NCBI RefSeq assembly: GCF_030682845.1
Contig: NZ_JAUXNK010000075.1
Span: forward strand, 4,234 to 68,233
Source: Methanolobus sp.
Lineage (GTDB): Archaea > Halobacteriota > Methanosarcinia > Methanosarcinales > Methanosarcinaceae
Length of the DNA stretch: 64,000 bases
Reading direction: 5' to 3'
Below, in pieces: positions 20,241 to 30,278 of this stretch. How positions within the stretch are numbered: position 1 is the stretch's first letter; each line of letters starts with the position of its first letter. The position numbers were made by a program, and so were the translations under genes. The notes beneath the pieces were generated by a model. That model searched no databases, was not told where the DNA came from, and saw only the letters and a list, made by a program, of their open reading frames with translations.

Positions 20241-21353
20241 TCAGATGATTATAGATAGAATATCGTCAGGTCTTCCTCTTCTCACGATACTGCTGATAGG
20301 ATTTCTTACCCCTGCAAGATTATGTGAATTTCCATTGAGGATCATTACTTTTGCTTGATTCTTCTCCAGGATAGAACCTGAGGTATTAAGCCCCAATACT
20401 GCTGCACCCATAAGCGTACACATAATAAATACTTGTCTGTCCTCAAGCCCGAACACCTTGGATAGTATCTCCATTTCAGAGAACATACTGACCGAGTTTA
20501 GCATGACATTGTCTGTCCCCACAGCCACCCTGATACCCGTTTTAAGCATTTCCCTTACAGGTGCCATACCTGCACCCGTTATGAAATTAGAGCGCGGGCA
20601 AACTACAACAGGGATGTCCTGATCTGCTATCTCTTTCAGGTCTCCTTCCTGTGCTTTTGTAAGATGTATCAGCATATCCGGCTCAAGGGAAAGCGCTCCT
20701 TGTATATCGCTTCTGTCATTCTCACCTGCGTGGATAGCAAATTTTTTCTTTTCTTTCTTAGTATATGTTCTAATCTGCTTAAGGATTTGCAGATCCACAT
20801 CATTGGCACCACTCATCCCAATGCCTTCAGCTCTCCCGAGGACCTGCTCTATCTCCCTGTGTAGCACGTCATTATTGACAGAAGGGTTCCTTGGCCTCCC
20901 CAGTTTGATGCACTCAATGCCAAGTCCGTCAACCGCCTCCTCCAATGCATGTACTCCCTGCAGCCCCCCCTCCCTGAAATCAGCAAAAGCTCCCGTACCG
21001 GTCATGATCATGTCCCGGATGGAATGCTCCATAGCCTCCACAAGTTCGTGGTAAGGCGCCTTGTTTAGCACCTGATGCTTCAATCCGTCCGGAGGCTTCA
21101 CAAGGGCGTTCAGGTCTCTCTTTACATGGTAGTCTACACATTCACCCAGTTTAGGATCTTTAAGGACCGAGTCCCCGATGTGAGTGTGCGCATTTATAAA
21201 GCAAGGTGCAATGATATTCGTTGAGTTGTTCTTCTCTTCCGAGACTTCTTTGATGATACCATCCCTGATAACGATGCAGCCTTCGATTATATCCATTTCG
21301 GGGCCGTAGACGATTGTTCCGTAGACTGTTTGCTCAGTGGTCATTTGCATCAT
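20241..21353 (-). CDS. Amidohydrolase family protein
   Basis: NAHTH, HAGE, LIHLT, CPRSN, GTD metal-binding motifs. Confidence 0.9.
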   Translation of the reverse strand: MMQMTTEQTVYGTIVYGPEMDIIEGCIVIRDGIIKEVSEEKNNSTNIIAPCFINAHTHIGDSVLKDPKLGECVDYHVKRDLNALVKPPDGLKHQVLNKAPYHELVEAMEHSIRDMIMTGTGAFADFREGGLQGVHALEEAVDGLGIECIKLGRPRNPSVNNDVLHREIEQVLGRAEGIGMSGANDVDLQILKQIRTYTKKEKKKFAIHAGENDRSDIQGALSLEPDMLIHLTKAQEGDLKEIADQDIPVVVCPRSNFITGAGMAPVREMLKTGIRVAVGTDNVMLNSVSMFSEMEILSKVFGLEDRQVFIMCTLMGAAVLGLNTSGSILEKNQAKVMILNGNSHNLAGVRNPISSIVRRGRPDDILSIII

Positions 21354-21568
21354 CCGCTGTATAATATCTACACAGTATTTCTATTTCCAGTTGACTGATT
21401 TAAGAATGTCAGCTTGGTAATATGAACTTATTATTTGCTTGCTGTTGAGATATCGTTAGATTTATATATTGGTTTCTATAAGGTACAACTGCGTATTGCT
21501 AGGTCCTTGCATGAGAGTATGGCAGAGCCTTTCTGTGATTGTACAGACAACCTCAATGCGCTACACAC

Positions 21569-21672
21569 ATGATAATGCGATAAAAGCCTGTCACGAGGGA
21601 AACCGGGAAGGACAGCGGGAATCCCATAGGATGATCTTTCGGAGTTAGTGCGCCGGGCAACAGCATTATCAT
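21569..21672 (+). ncRNA. Candidate structured RNA or long 5' leader of unknown family
   Basis: Perfect 10-bp closing stem ATGATAATGC/GCATTATCAT enclosing CTGTC/GACAG and ATCC-CATA-GGAT hairpins; GC-richer than flanks. Confidence 0.4.
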
Positions 21673-21709
21673 TTTGATCTTACAGTTGGTTATCTCTTCT
21701 GGTGATCCC

Positions 21710-22036
21710 ATGTCCTTTGAGGATGCAATCAAAACTGTTGAATGCGGTACCATTATAGATGTAGAGGTAACGCCTGGTGCAAAAAGGGTATGCATTCCAG
21801 GCGGTTACAATCCCTGGAGGAAAAGGATCGAGGTCAAGCTCTCAGAGAATGCCCAGAAAGGCAAGGCTAACGAGCAGTTAGTGGAAAGCTTCTCTGCATT
21901 GTTCAGATTACGGGCATCAGAAGTCTCCATTGTTACGGGAATGAAAAATACTAAGAAATCTATCCTTCTTCTTGGAATCGGGCGTGAACAGGCAGTGGCT
22001 GCGATGAGAGAAGGCCTTGAGAATATTCTGGATTGA
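21710..22036 (+). CDS. DUF167/UPF0235 family protein
   Basis: V.VTPGAK, PWRKRIEVKL...AQKGKAN..LV, G.KNTKK; SD GGTGA at 21701. Confidence 0.88.
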   Translation: MSFEDAIKTVECGTIIDVEVTPGAKRVCIPGGYNPWRKRIEVKLSENAQKGKANEQLVESFSALFRLRASEVSIVTGMKNTKKSILLLGIGREQAVAAMREGLENILD

Positions 22037-22104
22037 ATACTTTCACTTAGCTTGGATCCTCTTAATATAATCTGAATGTCTATGTAATCATTGAGGTGAA
22101 ATAG

Positions 22105-22185
22105 ATGGATGATTTCTTTCAAAGTCTGGTAGCAAGAGCTGCTTACTTCGAACAATTCGAAGAATTCGTTCGCTATTACAAGTGA
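22105..22185 (+). CDS. Small protein, 26 aa (MDDFFQSLVARAAYFEQFEEFVRYYK)
   Basis: SD GAGGTGA (22093-22099), TATA-like TTAATATA (~22062-22069), downstream hairpins and terminator. Confidence 0.6.
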   Translation: MDDFFQSLVARAAYFEQFEEFVRYYK

Positions 22186-22310
22186 TCGTAATGTTACCCT
22201 GCCGTGTCGCCCTCCTAATCCCAAAGCAAACCGCTTTCATTAACGGCAGGTCCCAACTTTCACTTGTTTTCAATTTATGCAGCCCTTTTAATGTGGGGTG
22301 CTTTTCCTGT

Positions 22311-22338
22311 GGCTGACACTACTGACAGTCAGCTTTTA
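22311..22338 (+). terminator. Hairpin plus T-tract ending the sORF transcript
   Basis: GGCTGAC/GTCAGCT stem followed by TTT. Confidence 0.5.
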
Positions 22339-22476
22339 ATCATATTATCTATTAATTGTCTGTGACAATTACTGTAGTCATCTATTGTCTGATATAACAG
22401 CATGTAGGATACACTGGAAATAGCTTTTTCAGTTCAAACTAAATATATCGTCCCACTATCCAGGTCCAAATGACCC

Positions 22477-22947
22477 ATGACAGATAACAACAAGCAGAAT
22501 CGGCAATTTAAAGCGCCTTTTCATGTCTACGAGAAAAGGCTTGAGAATATTGAAGAGATAATCAGCGAGCTGACCCAGCTTGCAGCAGAGAATGCAATAT
22601 TCATAGTTGAAGGCAAAAGGGACGTTCAGGCACTTAAGAAGCTGGGAGTTGAGGGCCATTTTGAAATCGCTACCCAGCGTTCACTATCCAACTTCTGCGA
22701 AAGTATTGCACAGCTTAATGAAAAAGTGATCATCCTTACAGACTGGGACCGGCGCGGGAATATGTTAATGCTGAAGATAACAAAACATTTCCACTCACTT
22801 GGTGTGAACCCGGATATACGGTTAAGGGAACGCCTGATATCCATTGTCCAGAAAGAAATAAAAGATGTGGAAAGCTTGCATACCTATGTAATAAAACTAA
22901 GACGACTGGTAGGGCATTCCACAATTCAAGGTCATTTTAATGAATAA
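22477..22947 (+). CDS. Small Toprim-domain protein (UPF0292-like)
   Basis: IVEGKRD..AL..LG, ILTDWDRRG. Confidence 0.88.
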   Translation: MTDNNKQNRQFKAPFHVYEKRLENIEEIISELTQLAAENAIFIVEGKRDVQALKKLGVEGHFEIATQRSLSNFCESIAQLNEKVIILTDWDRRGNMLMLKITKHFHSLGVNPDIRLRERLISIVQKEIKDVESLHTYVIKLRRLVGHSTIQGHFNE

Positions 22948-22949
22948 GG

Positions 22950-23327
22950 TTAAACTACATCCCGATGATGTGGTTCCCACGTTCTTTCAAATTCCGGATA
23001 AAGTTCGGACTTGTCCATCAACTCTGCATATACATCATGTCTTGGGCTGACTATTACCACGTGAGCAGGCGGATGTATCTTCCTCAGTTTACTAATAGCT
23101 GCACCGGCGTTGTTGTCCAGTTCTACCAGCGCGGCTGAGTTACATTTTGCCCTCAGGGGCACCCCTGCAACACTAACAAGCAGATTGTCTGCAAAATTAG
23201 GCTCGATCCTTTTAGGCTTGGATGCAAACCTCATGTGTCCGTAGTGTTCAAGGTCGTGCAGTGCAACATTCACTTTATCCGGATTATCGCCCCGGATAAC
23301 GGCAAAAGATTTTACTTCGATCCCCAT
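22950..23327 (-). CDS. Conserved archaeal protein (DUF356-like)
   Basis: IRGDN..KV..AL.DLE, IHPPAHVVIVS. Confidence 0.7.
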   Translation of the reverse strand: MGIEVKSFAVIRGDNPDKVNVALHDLEHYGHMRFASKPKRIEPNFADNLLVSVAGVPLRAKCNSAALVELDNNAGAAISKLRKIHPPAHVVIVSPRHDVYAELMDKSELYPEFERTWEPHHRDVV

Positions 23328-23490
23328 TTTATTTTATCCCCCTGTGTTTTTCATGCTAGTACAGATATCAATCCTTTTCTACCTCTCCACAAGTAGCATA
23401 AGAATACCAGCTTAAATCTTATTAAAACTTTGCGTATAATAAACTTTTCTATTAATATATTGGGGAAAAATAATATTCTATCGAAAATAC

Positions 23491-24306
23491 TTATTTGCCA
23501 AGCTCCTTTGACCTGTTGGAGGATGCAATGACTGCCTTCATGAATGCTGCCCTTATGCCGCTCTCTTCCAGCTCGTATATGCCTCTTATCGTAGTTCCTC
23601 CGGGAGATGTGACCATGTCCTTGAGCTCTCCTGGATGGATATTGGTCTCAAGCATCATCTTTGCAGCACCAAGTACTGTCTGTGCGGCCAGTATCAGCGC
23701 ACTATTGCGATCAAGCCCTTCATAGACCCCGCCGTCAGCCATGGCCTCTATTACCGGAAATATAAATGCAGGCCCGCTTCCGGAAAGCCCGGTGACAGCA
23801 TCCATAAGGTTTTCCTGAACGGCTATCGCGCTGCCTACGGACTGGAATATCCTGAGGACATCATCCGCATCTTCTGCAGAGGCATTCTTCCCCTGTGCTA
23901 CCGCAGAGGCTGCTTCTGCCACAGTTGCAGCTATATTTGGCATGACACGTACAACACGTGTCCCTTCATTCAGCTCGCTTTCGATTGTTTCCAGTTTCAC
24001 GCCCGCAGCAATGGATATAACCATTTTGTCCGGGGTGATGGCATCCTTTATCGAGGAGAGGACGGTCTTCAGTATCTGTGGCTTCACAGCCAGAACTATT
24101 ATGTCTGAATTCCTTACAACCTCAATGTTATCCTGAGTAACATTGATGTGCAGGCTTTCACGAAGCTCCTTCAATGAAGCCTCAAAGACGTCGCTGGCAT
24201 AGATGCCTGAGCAGGGAATGATTCCTGCAGTGCATATTCCTCTGATCAGCGCGCTTCCCATTTTTCCGGTTCCGATAAAACCAATTTTTTTACCAACCAA
24301 ACTCAT
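23491..24306 (-). CDS. proC: Pyrroline-5-carboxylate reductase
   Basis: GFIGTGKMG, LAVKPQ, RVMPN, GLSGSGPAF, VTSPGGTT. Confidence 0.96.
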   Translation of the reverse strand: MSLVGKKIGFIGTGKMGSALIRGICTAGIIPCSGIYASDVFEASLKELRESLHINVTQDNIEVVRNSDIIVLAVKPQILKTVLSSIKDAITPDKMVISIAAGVKLETIESELNEGTRVVRVMPNIAATVAEAASAVAQGKNASAEDADDVLRIFQSVGSAIAVQENLMDAVTGLSGSGPAFIFPVIEAMADGGVYEGLDRNSALILAAQTVLGAAKMMLETNIHPGELKDMVTSPGGTTIRGIYELEESGIRAAFMKAVIASSNRSKELGK

Positions 24307-24347
24307 GATAACCACTTTGATACATTAAAATGAAATAAATAAATGAT

Positions 24348-24833
24348 CTACTTCTTTTTTATCGTTACGATGTCTCCAAGCGTGGTGCCTTTGTTGAGGC
24401 GTTCTCCGCTCCAGTCATCTTCTCCGCTCCTTTCCGTAAGCCTGATGTCAAGCTCTCTCTCAAGCTTCTTGCGCACACCTTCTTCCGGGACTATCTCTCC
24501 ACGCTCAAGTTTCTTTATCAATGCCGCTTTTTCTTTTATTCTGGTGGCGAGCTCTTCATAGCTTAACTGCTTCTTTTCCCTGGCTTCCCTGATGATGCGG
24601 TCATAGTCATCAACAAGTTCATCACTCATGGCATCCGGGCGTTTTCCTGCAGGCCTGGTGCTCCTCCTTTGTGTGACAGGTGCAACAGGTGAAACCTTTC
24701 TGGAAACTGGTGCACGTTTTTCCACGTTCTTCCCATACTGGGAACATCTTGGGCACACAGTGAGTTCACTACCATCTATAGTGATCTTGGAAGAAGGCCC
24801 TTTAATATCAGCGCCGCATATTTCACATTGCAT
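24348..24833 (-). CDS. Archaeal multiprotein bridging factor 1 (aMBF1)
   Basis: CEICG..VCPRC zinc ribbon plus HTH (ARE..LSYEELA) and TLGD tail. Confidence 0.93.
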   Translation of the reverse strand: MQCEICGADIKGPSSKITIDGSELTVCPRCSQYGKNVEKRAPVSRKVSPVAPVTQRRSTRPAGKRPDAMSDELVDDYDRIIREAREKKQLSYEELATRIKEKAALIKKLERGEIVPEEGVRKKLERELDIRLTERSGEDDWSGERLNKGTTLGDIVTIKKK

Positions 24834-24913
24834 AGATCTCAACTCGAAAAGTCAAATCTCATCTTTACGAAAGGGCTATATACCCTTTGCACTTAAATAA
24901 TGTTCGGAGGCAT

Positions 24914-26203
24914 ATGAGCGAGACCAGCGACAGTGATGTAAATCACGAAAGATATGACTTTACCAATGTAAACAAAGCAGAATACGGCTACTTTGGCGCA
25001 GAAAGTGAAGAGGACTTCTCGAAATACCTGCTAGACCGTATGAGGCAACTGGAGTCGCGAAACAATCTCCTGAAGGAGCAATGTGACCAGATAGAGTCAG
25101 AAAAGCGTTTTGTGGAAAGCCAGAAACTGAAATACGAACGGGAAGTCAGAAGACTTCAGGCTGAGATAGACCGCCTGAAAACCGTTCCTCTTGTAGTTGC
25201 AACCATAATGGATATAATCAGTAACGATAAGGTCCTTGTGAGAAGTTCGACAGGCCCTCAGTTCATGGTGAACGTATCCCAGTATATCGATGACAAAGAC
25301 CTTGTTCCGGGAGTAAAGGTGGCTCTGAACCAGCAGACACTTGCAATAGTAGAAGTCATCCCTGCAACCGAGGATCCCGCAGTTTCCGCAATGGAAGTTG
25401 TGGATTCTCAGGATGTTAACTATGATAACATCGGAGGTCTTGAAGAGCAGATACAGGAACTTATCGAGTCTGTGGAACTGCCGCTTACAAAACCCGAGTC
25501 TTTCAAGCGTATTGGCATCTCTCCTCCCAAAGGAGTGCTGCTGTATGGTGACCCGGGTACGGGTAAAACCCTGCTTGCAAAAGCAGTTGCGCACAGGACC
25601 GAAGCTACGTTCATAAGGGTCGTGGGTTCTGAGCTGATCCAGAAATATATCGGTGACGGTGCAAAACTTGTCCGCGATATGTTCGAGATGGCGAGGAAGA
25701 AATCCCCAAGTATCATCTTCATAGATGAGCTGGATGCTATCGCATCAAGGCGTCTCAATGATACCAACGGGGCCGACCGTGAAGTGCAACGGACCCTTAT
25801 GCAACTGCTCGCAGAAATGGACGGTTTTGACAATCGGGGTGATGTACGTATCATTGCAGCCACTAACAGGCTGGATGTGCTGGACCCTGCTATCCTGAGG
25901 CCCGGAAGGTTTGACAGGATAGTGCACGTGCCGATGCCGGATGAGGAAGCCAGAACAAACATCCTAAAAATTCATTCCCGCTTCATGACTCTCGGTGATG
26001 ATATCGATTTCAGCAAATTGTCACGCATGACCGAAGGTATGAGTGGAGCAGACCTTAATGCAATAACCATGGAGGCAGGAATGCTTGCAGTGAGGTTTGA
26101 CAAGGGATATGTCGGCATGGACGAGTTCCTCGAATCTGTCAAAAAAGTAGTATCAAAAATAGAAGCCAAGCCGGAAGACTTGCCAGTAGGGATGTTCGGG
26201 TAA
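24914..26203 (+). CDS. pan: Proteasome-activating nucleotidase
   Basis: Coiled coil, OB domain, [34 protein letters not shown]-terminal MFG. Confidence 0.95.
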   Translation: MSETSDSDVNHERYDFTNVNKAEYGYFGAESEEDFSKYLLDRMRQLESRNNLLKEQCDQIESEKRFVESQKLKYEREVRRLQAEIDRLKTVPLVVATIMDIISNDKVLVRSSTGPQFMVNVSQYIDDKDLVPGVKVALNQQTLAIVEVIPATEDPAVSAMEVVDSQDVNYDNIGGLEEQIQELIESVELPLTKPESFKRIGISPPKGVLLYGDPGTGKTLLAKAVAHRTEATFIRVVGSELIQKYIGDGAKLVRDMFEMARKKSPSIIFIDELDAIASRRLNDTNGADREVQRTLMQLLAEMDGFDNRGDVRIIAATNRLDVLDPAILRPGRFDRIVHVPMPDEEARTNILKIHSRFMTLGDDIDFSKLSRMTEGMSGADLNAITMEAGMLAVRFDKGYVGMDEFLESVKKVVSKIEAKPEDLPVGMFG

Positions 26204-26333
26204 ATCCGTTCCCTTACCTTCTTTTGTTTAATAACTTTCATCGCAGTTCCTTCAATAGACGTTTCTTTACTCTTTTGCCATCCAAATCCATTCTAAGTAA
26301 ACTACTTCTGCTATCCTCCGCATAACTTCAGGT

Positions 26334-26924
26334 GTGAGCAGGCGTTTTCACATCAAGGATGAGATCCGCATTCTTGGGATCGATGATTCGGCCCTTATAG
26401 GAGAAAAGATACTGATAGTCGGGGCTTTCTTCAGGGGAGGGATATGGCTGGATGGCGTGATGAGTTCTTACATTACACGGGACGGCATGGATGGCACCGA
26501 TTCTATCATCTCAATGGTAAAGTCCAGCAAGCATTTTCCTCAGCTGAGGATCATTATGCTTGATGGCATCACCTACGGAGGGTTCAATCCGATAGATATC
26601 ATTACCCTGCATAAGAAAACAGGGATACCTGTGATCGTACTGATGCGAAAGTATCCGGATTTTGAGCTGATAGCAAAAGCCCTCACCCATCTGCCGCATG
26701 GGGAAGAAAGAATGGCTATTTTCAAAAGAGCGGGCAGCATAACTAAAGTGTGCACAGTTGACCCTCTAAACCCGGTTTACATCCAATGCTGCGGGATCGA
26801 TCTCATGGATGCAGCTAAAATAGTGCGGTCAAGTTCCACAAGGAGTAATATCCCCGAGCCTTTGCGTGTGGCGCATCTTATTGCAACGGGGGTAATTCTT
26901 GGCGAATCCCGGGGGAAGGCATAA
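26334..26924 (+). CDS. DUF99 family (endonuclease V-like) protein
   Basis: RILGIDD, IMLDGITYGGFN, PEPLRVAHLIA. Confidence 0.85.
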   Translation: MSRRFHIKDEIRILGIDDSALIGEKILIVGAFFRGGIWLDGVMSSYITRDGMDGTDSIISMVKSSKHFPQLRIIMLDGITYGGFNPIDIITLHKKTGIPVIVLMRKYPDFELIAKALTHLPHGEERMAIFKRAGSITKVCTVDPLNPVYIQCCGIDLMDAAKIVRSSSTRSNIPEPLRVAHLIATGVILGESRGKA

Positions 26925-26954
26925 GCCCTCCGTCCAGTTTTAAGTCCGCAATAC

Positions 26955-28295
26955 TTATTTGCATTTTTCTACCAGCAGGACACCCTCTCCCATAAGTTCG
27001 TCTGCTCTCAGTTTAGACCTCGCTTCGGCGAAGATACGTATGATGGGCTCAGTGCCCGAAGGCCTGATGAGTATCCACCCATCTTCATGCCATACCTTGG
27101 CCCCGTCGATCGTGTCGGCTTCTTTATTCCATATGATTATATTCTGCTTGACCTTCTGCATCGTCAGGTCAAGATTCTCACACCTTATCTTTGTTTTTGA
27201 GTTGTAGTATACAGGAACACTTGCAGAAAGCTCGGATAGCTTTTGCCCGTTAGCAATGATCTCAAGGAATTTGGCGCAGGCCATGGCCCCATCGCGGCAA
27301 TACTGGTGTTCAGGGAAGATAAGGCCTCCATTGCCCTCTCCGCCGAAAACAGCATTGATCTCCATCATCTTCCTTGCCACATGTATCGACCCGACCTCGG
27401 TCCAAACAAGTTCAACGCCTGCTTCCCGGGCGATATCCTGCATTCTGGAGGAAGAGCTTACAGGCGTTACAATAGGGCCTTTTTTCCTCGCAAGCACATA
27501 CTTTGCCATCATGGCAAGCAGCACATCCTCGGGGATGAAATTGCCTTCTTCATCGATGAACACTGCCCGGTCCGCATCCCCGTCCTGCGCCACTCCCATA
27601 ACGGAGCCTGTCCTTTTAACAAGGTCTATTATCTCCGTAAGCGCATCAGGGGTAGGTTCCGGGTTCCTCCAGGGGAATGTGCCGTCCACCTGTGCGTTCA
27701 GGGTCAGGATCTCGCATCCGAGTTCCCGCAGAAGGAATGGGAGAGTGACCGAGCCCGCTCCACAACCGGTATCCACAACCACTTTGAATCTCTTCTCCCT
27801 TATCTTCTCACTGTCGACGGATTTTACGATCCCGTTAATGTAATTCTCATTTGCATGCAGGCATGTTCTAAGACTCCCGGTATTTTCCCAGCTGGCTGTG
27901 GCAAATTCCTTGGAGAAGTATATTTTCTCTATTTCAGCTTCTCCTTCCCGTGAGAGTTCAGTGCCGTCTTTTGCTATCAGTTTTATGCCATTGTACTCAC
28001 GGGGGTTATGTGATGCCGTTATTACTATGCCTGCATCAGCATGATCCCGTACATAATACTGGATGGAAGGCGTTGGGACCACTCCTATATCTACCACGGT
28101 GAGTCCTGTTGAAAGGGCACCGGCAATTGCTGCTGACTTGAGCATCTCTCCCGAAGCTCTTGTATCCCTGCCGATTGCAACTGTTCCCTTTGACCCCATA
28201 TATGTGCCAAGACTTCTGGCAACATCCATCACAAGCTGAGGATCTATGTACTCGTTTGCGATTCCCCTTACTCCGTTAGTTCCAAAAAAAGCCAT
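26955..28295 (-). CDS. glmM: Phosphoglucosamine mutase / alpha-D-phosphohexomutase
   Basis: FGTNGVRG, ITASHNP, DGDADR, GGEGNG, IRPSGTEP. Confidence 0.88.
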   Translation of the reverse strand: MAFFGTNGVRGIANEYIDPQLVMDVARSLGTYMGSKGTVAIGRDTRASGEMLKSAAIAGALSTGLTVVDIGVVPTPSIQYYVRDHADAGIVITASHNPREYNGIKLIAKDGTELSREGEAEIEKIYFSKEFATASWENTGSLRTCLHANENYINGIVKSVDSEKIREKRFKVVVDTGCGAGSVTLPFLLRELGCEILTLNAQVDGTFPWRNPEPTPDALTEIIDLVKRTGSVMGVAQDGDADRAVFIDEEGNFIPEDVLLAMMAKYVLARKKGPIVTPVSSSSRMQDIAREAGVELVWTEVGSIHVARKMMEINAVFGGEGNGGLIFPEHQYCRDGAMACAKFLEIIANGQKLSELSASVPVYYNSKTKIRCENLDLTMQKVKQNIIIWNKEADTIDGAKVWHEDGWILIRPSGTEPIIRIFAEARSKLRADELMGEGVLLVEKCK

Positions 28296-28400
28296 TTAAT
28301 CTCTCCTATCTTCAGATTCCTTAATATGATATGTCAAATCTGCACTTTATATTTTGTTAACGCGATGCTATTAATAAGATATTTCTCCATATTGAAGGTT

Positions 28401-29201
28401 ATGTCTGATGCAAGGATTGACCAGCTGCAGAAAGCGATAATGGAAAAGGATAGTGCCGTTGTAGCATTTTCAGGTGGTGTCGACAGTGCAACACTTGCAT
28501 ATCTTGCTCACAATACACTGGGAGGCAGGGCTGTAGCGGTCACAGTGAAGCTCTTTTCTTATCCAAAAAGGGAGCTCGATAATGCGAAAAAGATTGCAGC
28601 AGAAATAGGTATACAGCACAGGATAGTGGACTTTGATGAGCTGAAGGTCCCTTCAATAGCAGCAAACACTTCCAGAAGATGCTATTACTGCAAGAAAGAG
28701 ATATTGGGTTTGCTTGCTATTGTAAAGGAAGAATTGGGGTTTAATGTGATACTCGAAGGCAGCAATGCCTCAGATACAGTTGTGTATCGTCCTGGAAGGG
28801 AAGCTCTTTCAGAAGCAGGCAAACTTGTGTACTCTCCTTTCGTCGAACATGGTGTAACAAAAGAAGAGATAAGGCAAATAGCCAGGCAAGCCGGGCTCAC
28901 TGTAGCTGATAAACCTCCTTCACCCTGTCTTGCATCAAGGTTTCCATACGGGAATGTACTGACCCGGGAATCGATCGGTAGGGTCGAAACAGCTGAGTAT
29001 TTCCTTTCAGATATGGGCTTCACAGAGCTGAGAGTGAGAGACCATAATGGGATGGCGCGCATTGAACTATGTCCTTCCGATTTCAGGGAGCTTCTGATCA
29101 ACAGGGAAAAGATCCTGTCCTATTTCAAAATGATCGGTTTTGATTATGTGACACTCGATATCGAAGGTTTCCGTAGCGGCAGCATGGATGAGATACTTTG
29201 A
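28401..29201 (+). CDS. larE: LarE-family ATP-dependent sulfur transferase
   Basis: PP-loop AFSGGVDS, RCYYCK, RPG, KP.SPCLASR.PYG, RVR, GFRSGSM. Confidence 0.88.
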   Translation: MSDARIDQLQKAIMEKDSAVVAFSGGVDSATLAYLAHNTLGGRAVAVTVKLFSYPKRELDNAKKIAAEIGIQHRIVDFDELKVPSIAANTSRRCYYCKKEILGLLAIVKEELGFNVILEGSNASDTVVYRPGREALSEAGKLVYSPFVEHGVTKEEIRQIARQAGLTVADKPPSPCLASRFPYGNVLTRESIGRVETAEYFLSDMGFTELRVRDHNGMARIELCPSDFRELLINREKILSYFKMIGFDYVTLDIEGFRSGSMDEIL

Positions 29202-29653
29202 ACTCCGACCTGAACGCTGATATCCGGATACGTGACGCTTTACCGGAAGATATCCCCTCTATCCAGGTTTTGATGTCTACTTACTTCCTTGATATTGAAG
29301 GAGTTCCCGTGGAAGATTTCGTTGTTGCACAGAGCGGTGAAAAAATAGTGGGTGCAGGAGCTATTGTGAACGGTCGTTTTCCTGAGGTCCATTCCATAGC
29401 TGTGCATCCGAACTACCGCGGAAAGGGAATTGGTTCGTCCGTGATACGTTATCTCCTGTTGAGACTGAAGAGCAGGAACGATGCTGATATTTGTGTCTAC
29501 ACAAGGACAACTTCACCTCTGTTCTTTGAAAAAGTGGGATTTATCGAACTTGATCCTGTCACAAAAGCAGAATTATGGGAAGACTGTTCCTCATGCGACA
29601 GGTTAAGTACGTGCAGGCAGTCTGTCATGTGCCTTAAACAAGGACAAAGGTGA
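29198..29653 (+). CDS. GNAT acetyltransferase (ArgA-like)
   Basis: SIAVHPNYRGKGIG motif A; FFEKVGF; C-terminal CxxC. Confidence 0.85.
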   Translation: MNSDLNADIRIRDALPEDIPSIQVLMSTYFLDIEGVPVEDFVVAQSGEKIVGAGAIVNGRFPEVHSIAVHPNYRGKGIGSSVIRYLLLRLKSRNDADICVYTRTTSPLFFEKVGFIELDPVTKAELWEDCSSCDRLSTCRQSVMCLKQGQR

Positions 29654-29657
29654 AAAA

Positions 29658-30194
29658 ATGCTGACTCTTGGAATTGTTAACACTTATGATAAGATCAAAG
29701 TGCTCGATGCACACTACAGGGCCATTGCCAGGGCTGCGCCGATATGCCATGCATTTGGATTTTCACTCGCACTCTTTGATTTCCCCTTTAAGATGACACC
29801 CGATGAGCTTGTGGACTTTGTTGCGGACAAGACAACAATAGGTGAATCCGGGAAATACCTGCGCCTGCTTCATGAGAAGCGCAAGCTCTTTGTCTTTGAG
29901 CTTCCCAAAAAAGGCTTCCAGTCCCAGTTCGGTGATGTTGTGGTGACATCCTCCAAACCCGAGGACAGGCGTGCTATCACGCCCGAAGAACTTGCTGACG
30001 AGATCGTGCGTAACAAATCTTTCCTGCTGCTTGTGGGGCTCGGTCACAAAGGCCTTCCAAAGAGCCTCTTTGAGGTAGCACCCCTCCATCTTGATATTAC
30101 AGGCAATGGCATCTCCCTGGAAACCTGCACTGCCATTGGATGTATACCTGCCTATCTGATGGGGCTTGTGAGAATGAAAGCAGGAAAGAAGTAA
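29658..30194 (+). CDS. DUF531 family protein
   Basis: MLTLGIVNTYDK, AHYRAIARAAP, GLGHKGLP, SLETCTAIG. Confidence 0.8.
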   Translation: MLTLGIVNTYDKIKVLDAHYRAIARAAPICHAFGFSLALFDFPFKMTPDELVDFVADKTTIGESGKYLRLLHEKRKLFVFELPKKGFQSQFGDVVVTSSKPEDRRAITPEELADEIVRNKSFLLLVGLGHKGLPKSLFEVAPLHLDITGNGISLETCTAIGCIPAYLMGLVRMKAGKK

Positions 30195-30278
30195 AAAACT
30201 ATATTGCGAAGAGTTCCAGGGAAATCCATGATTATTTCAGGGAAACCTAATTAATACTTTATCCGGAAAAGACAATGC

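Noticed and set aside
21553-21795. 80-aa minus-strand ORF, and a 45-aa plus-strand ORF from 21511
   Set aside because: No SD or recognisable motif; the 80-aa ORF overlaps the DUF167 gene; the region is better explained as structured RNA or leader.
22088-22273. 61-aa minus-strand ORF
   Set aside because: Antisense to the sORF that has a clear promoter, SD and terminator; no features of its own.
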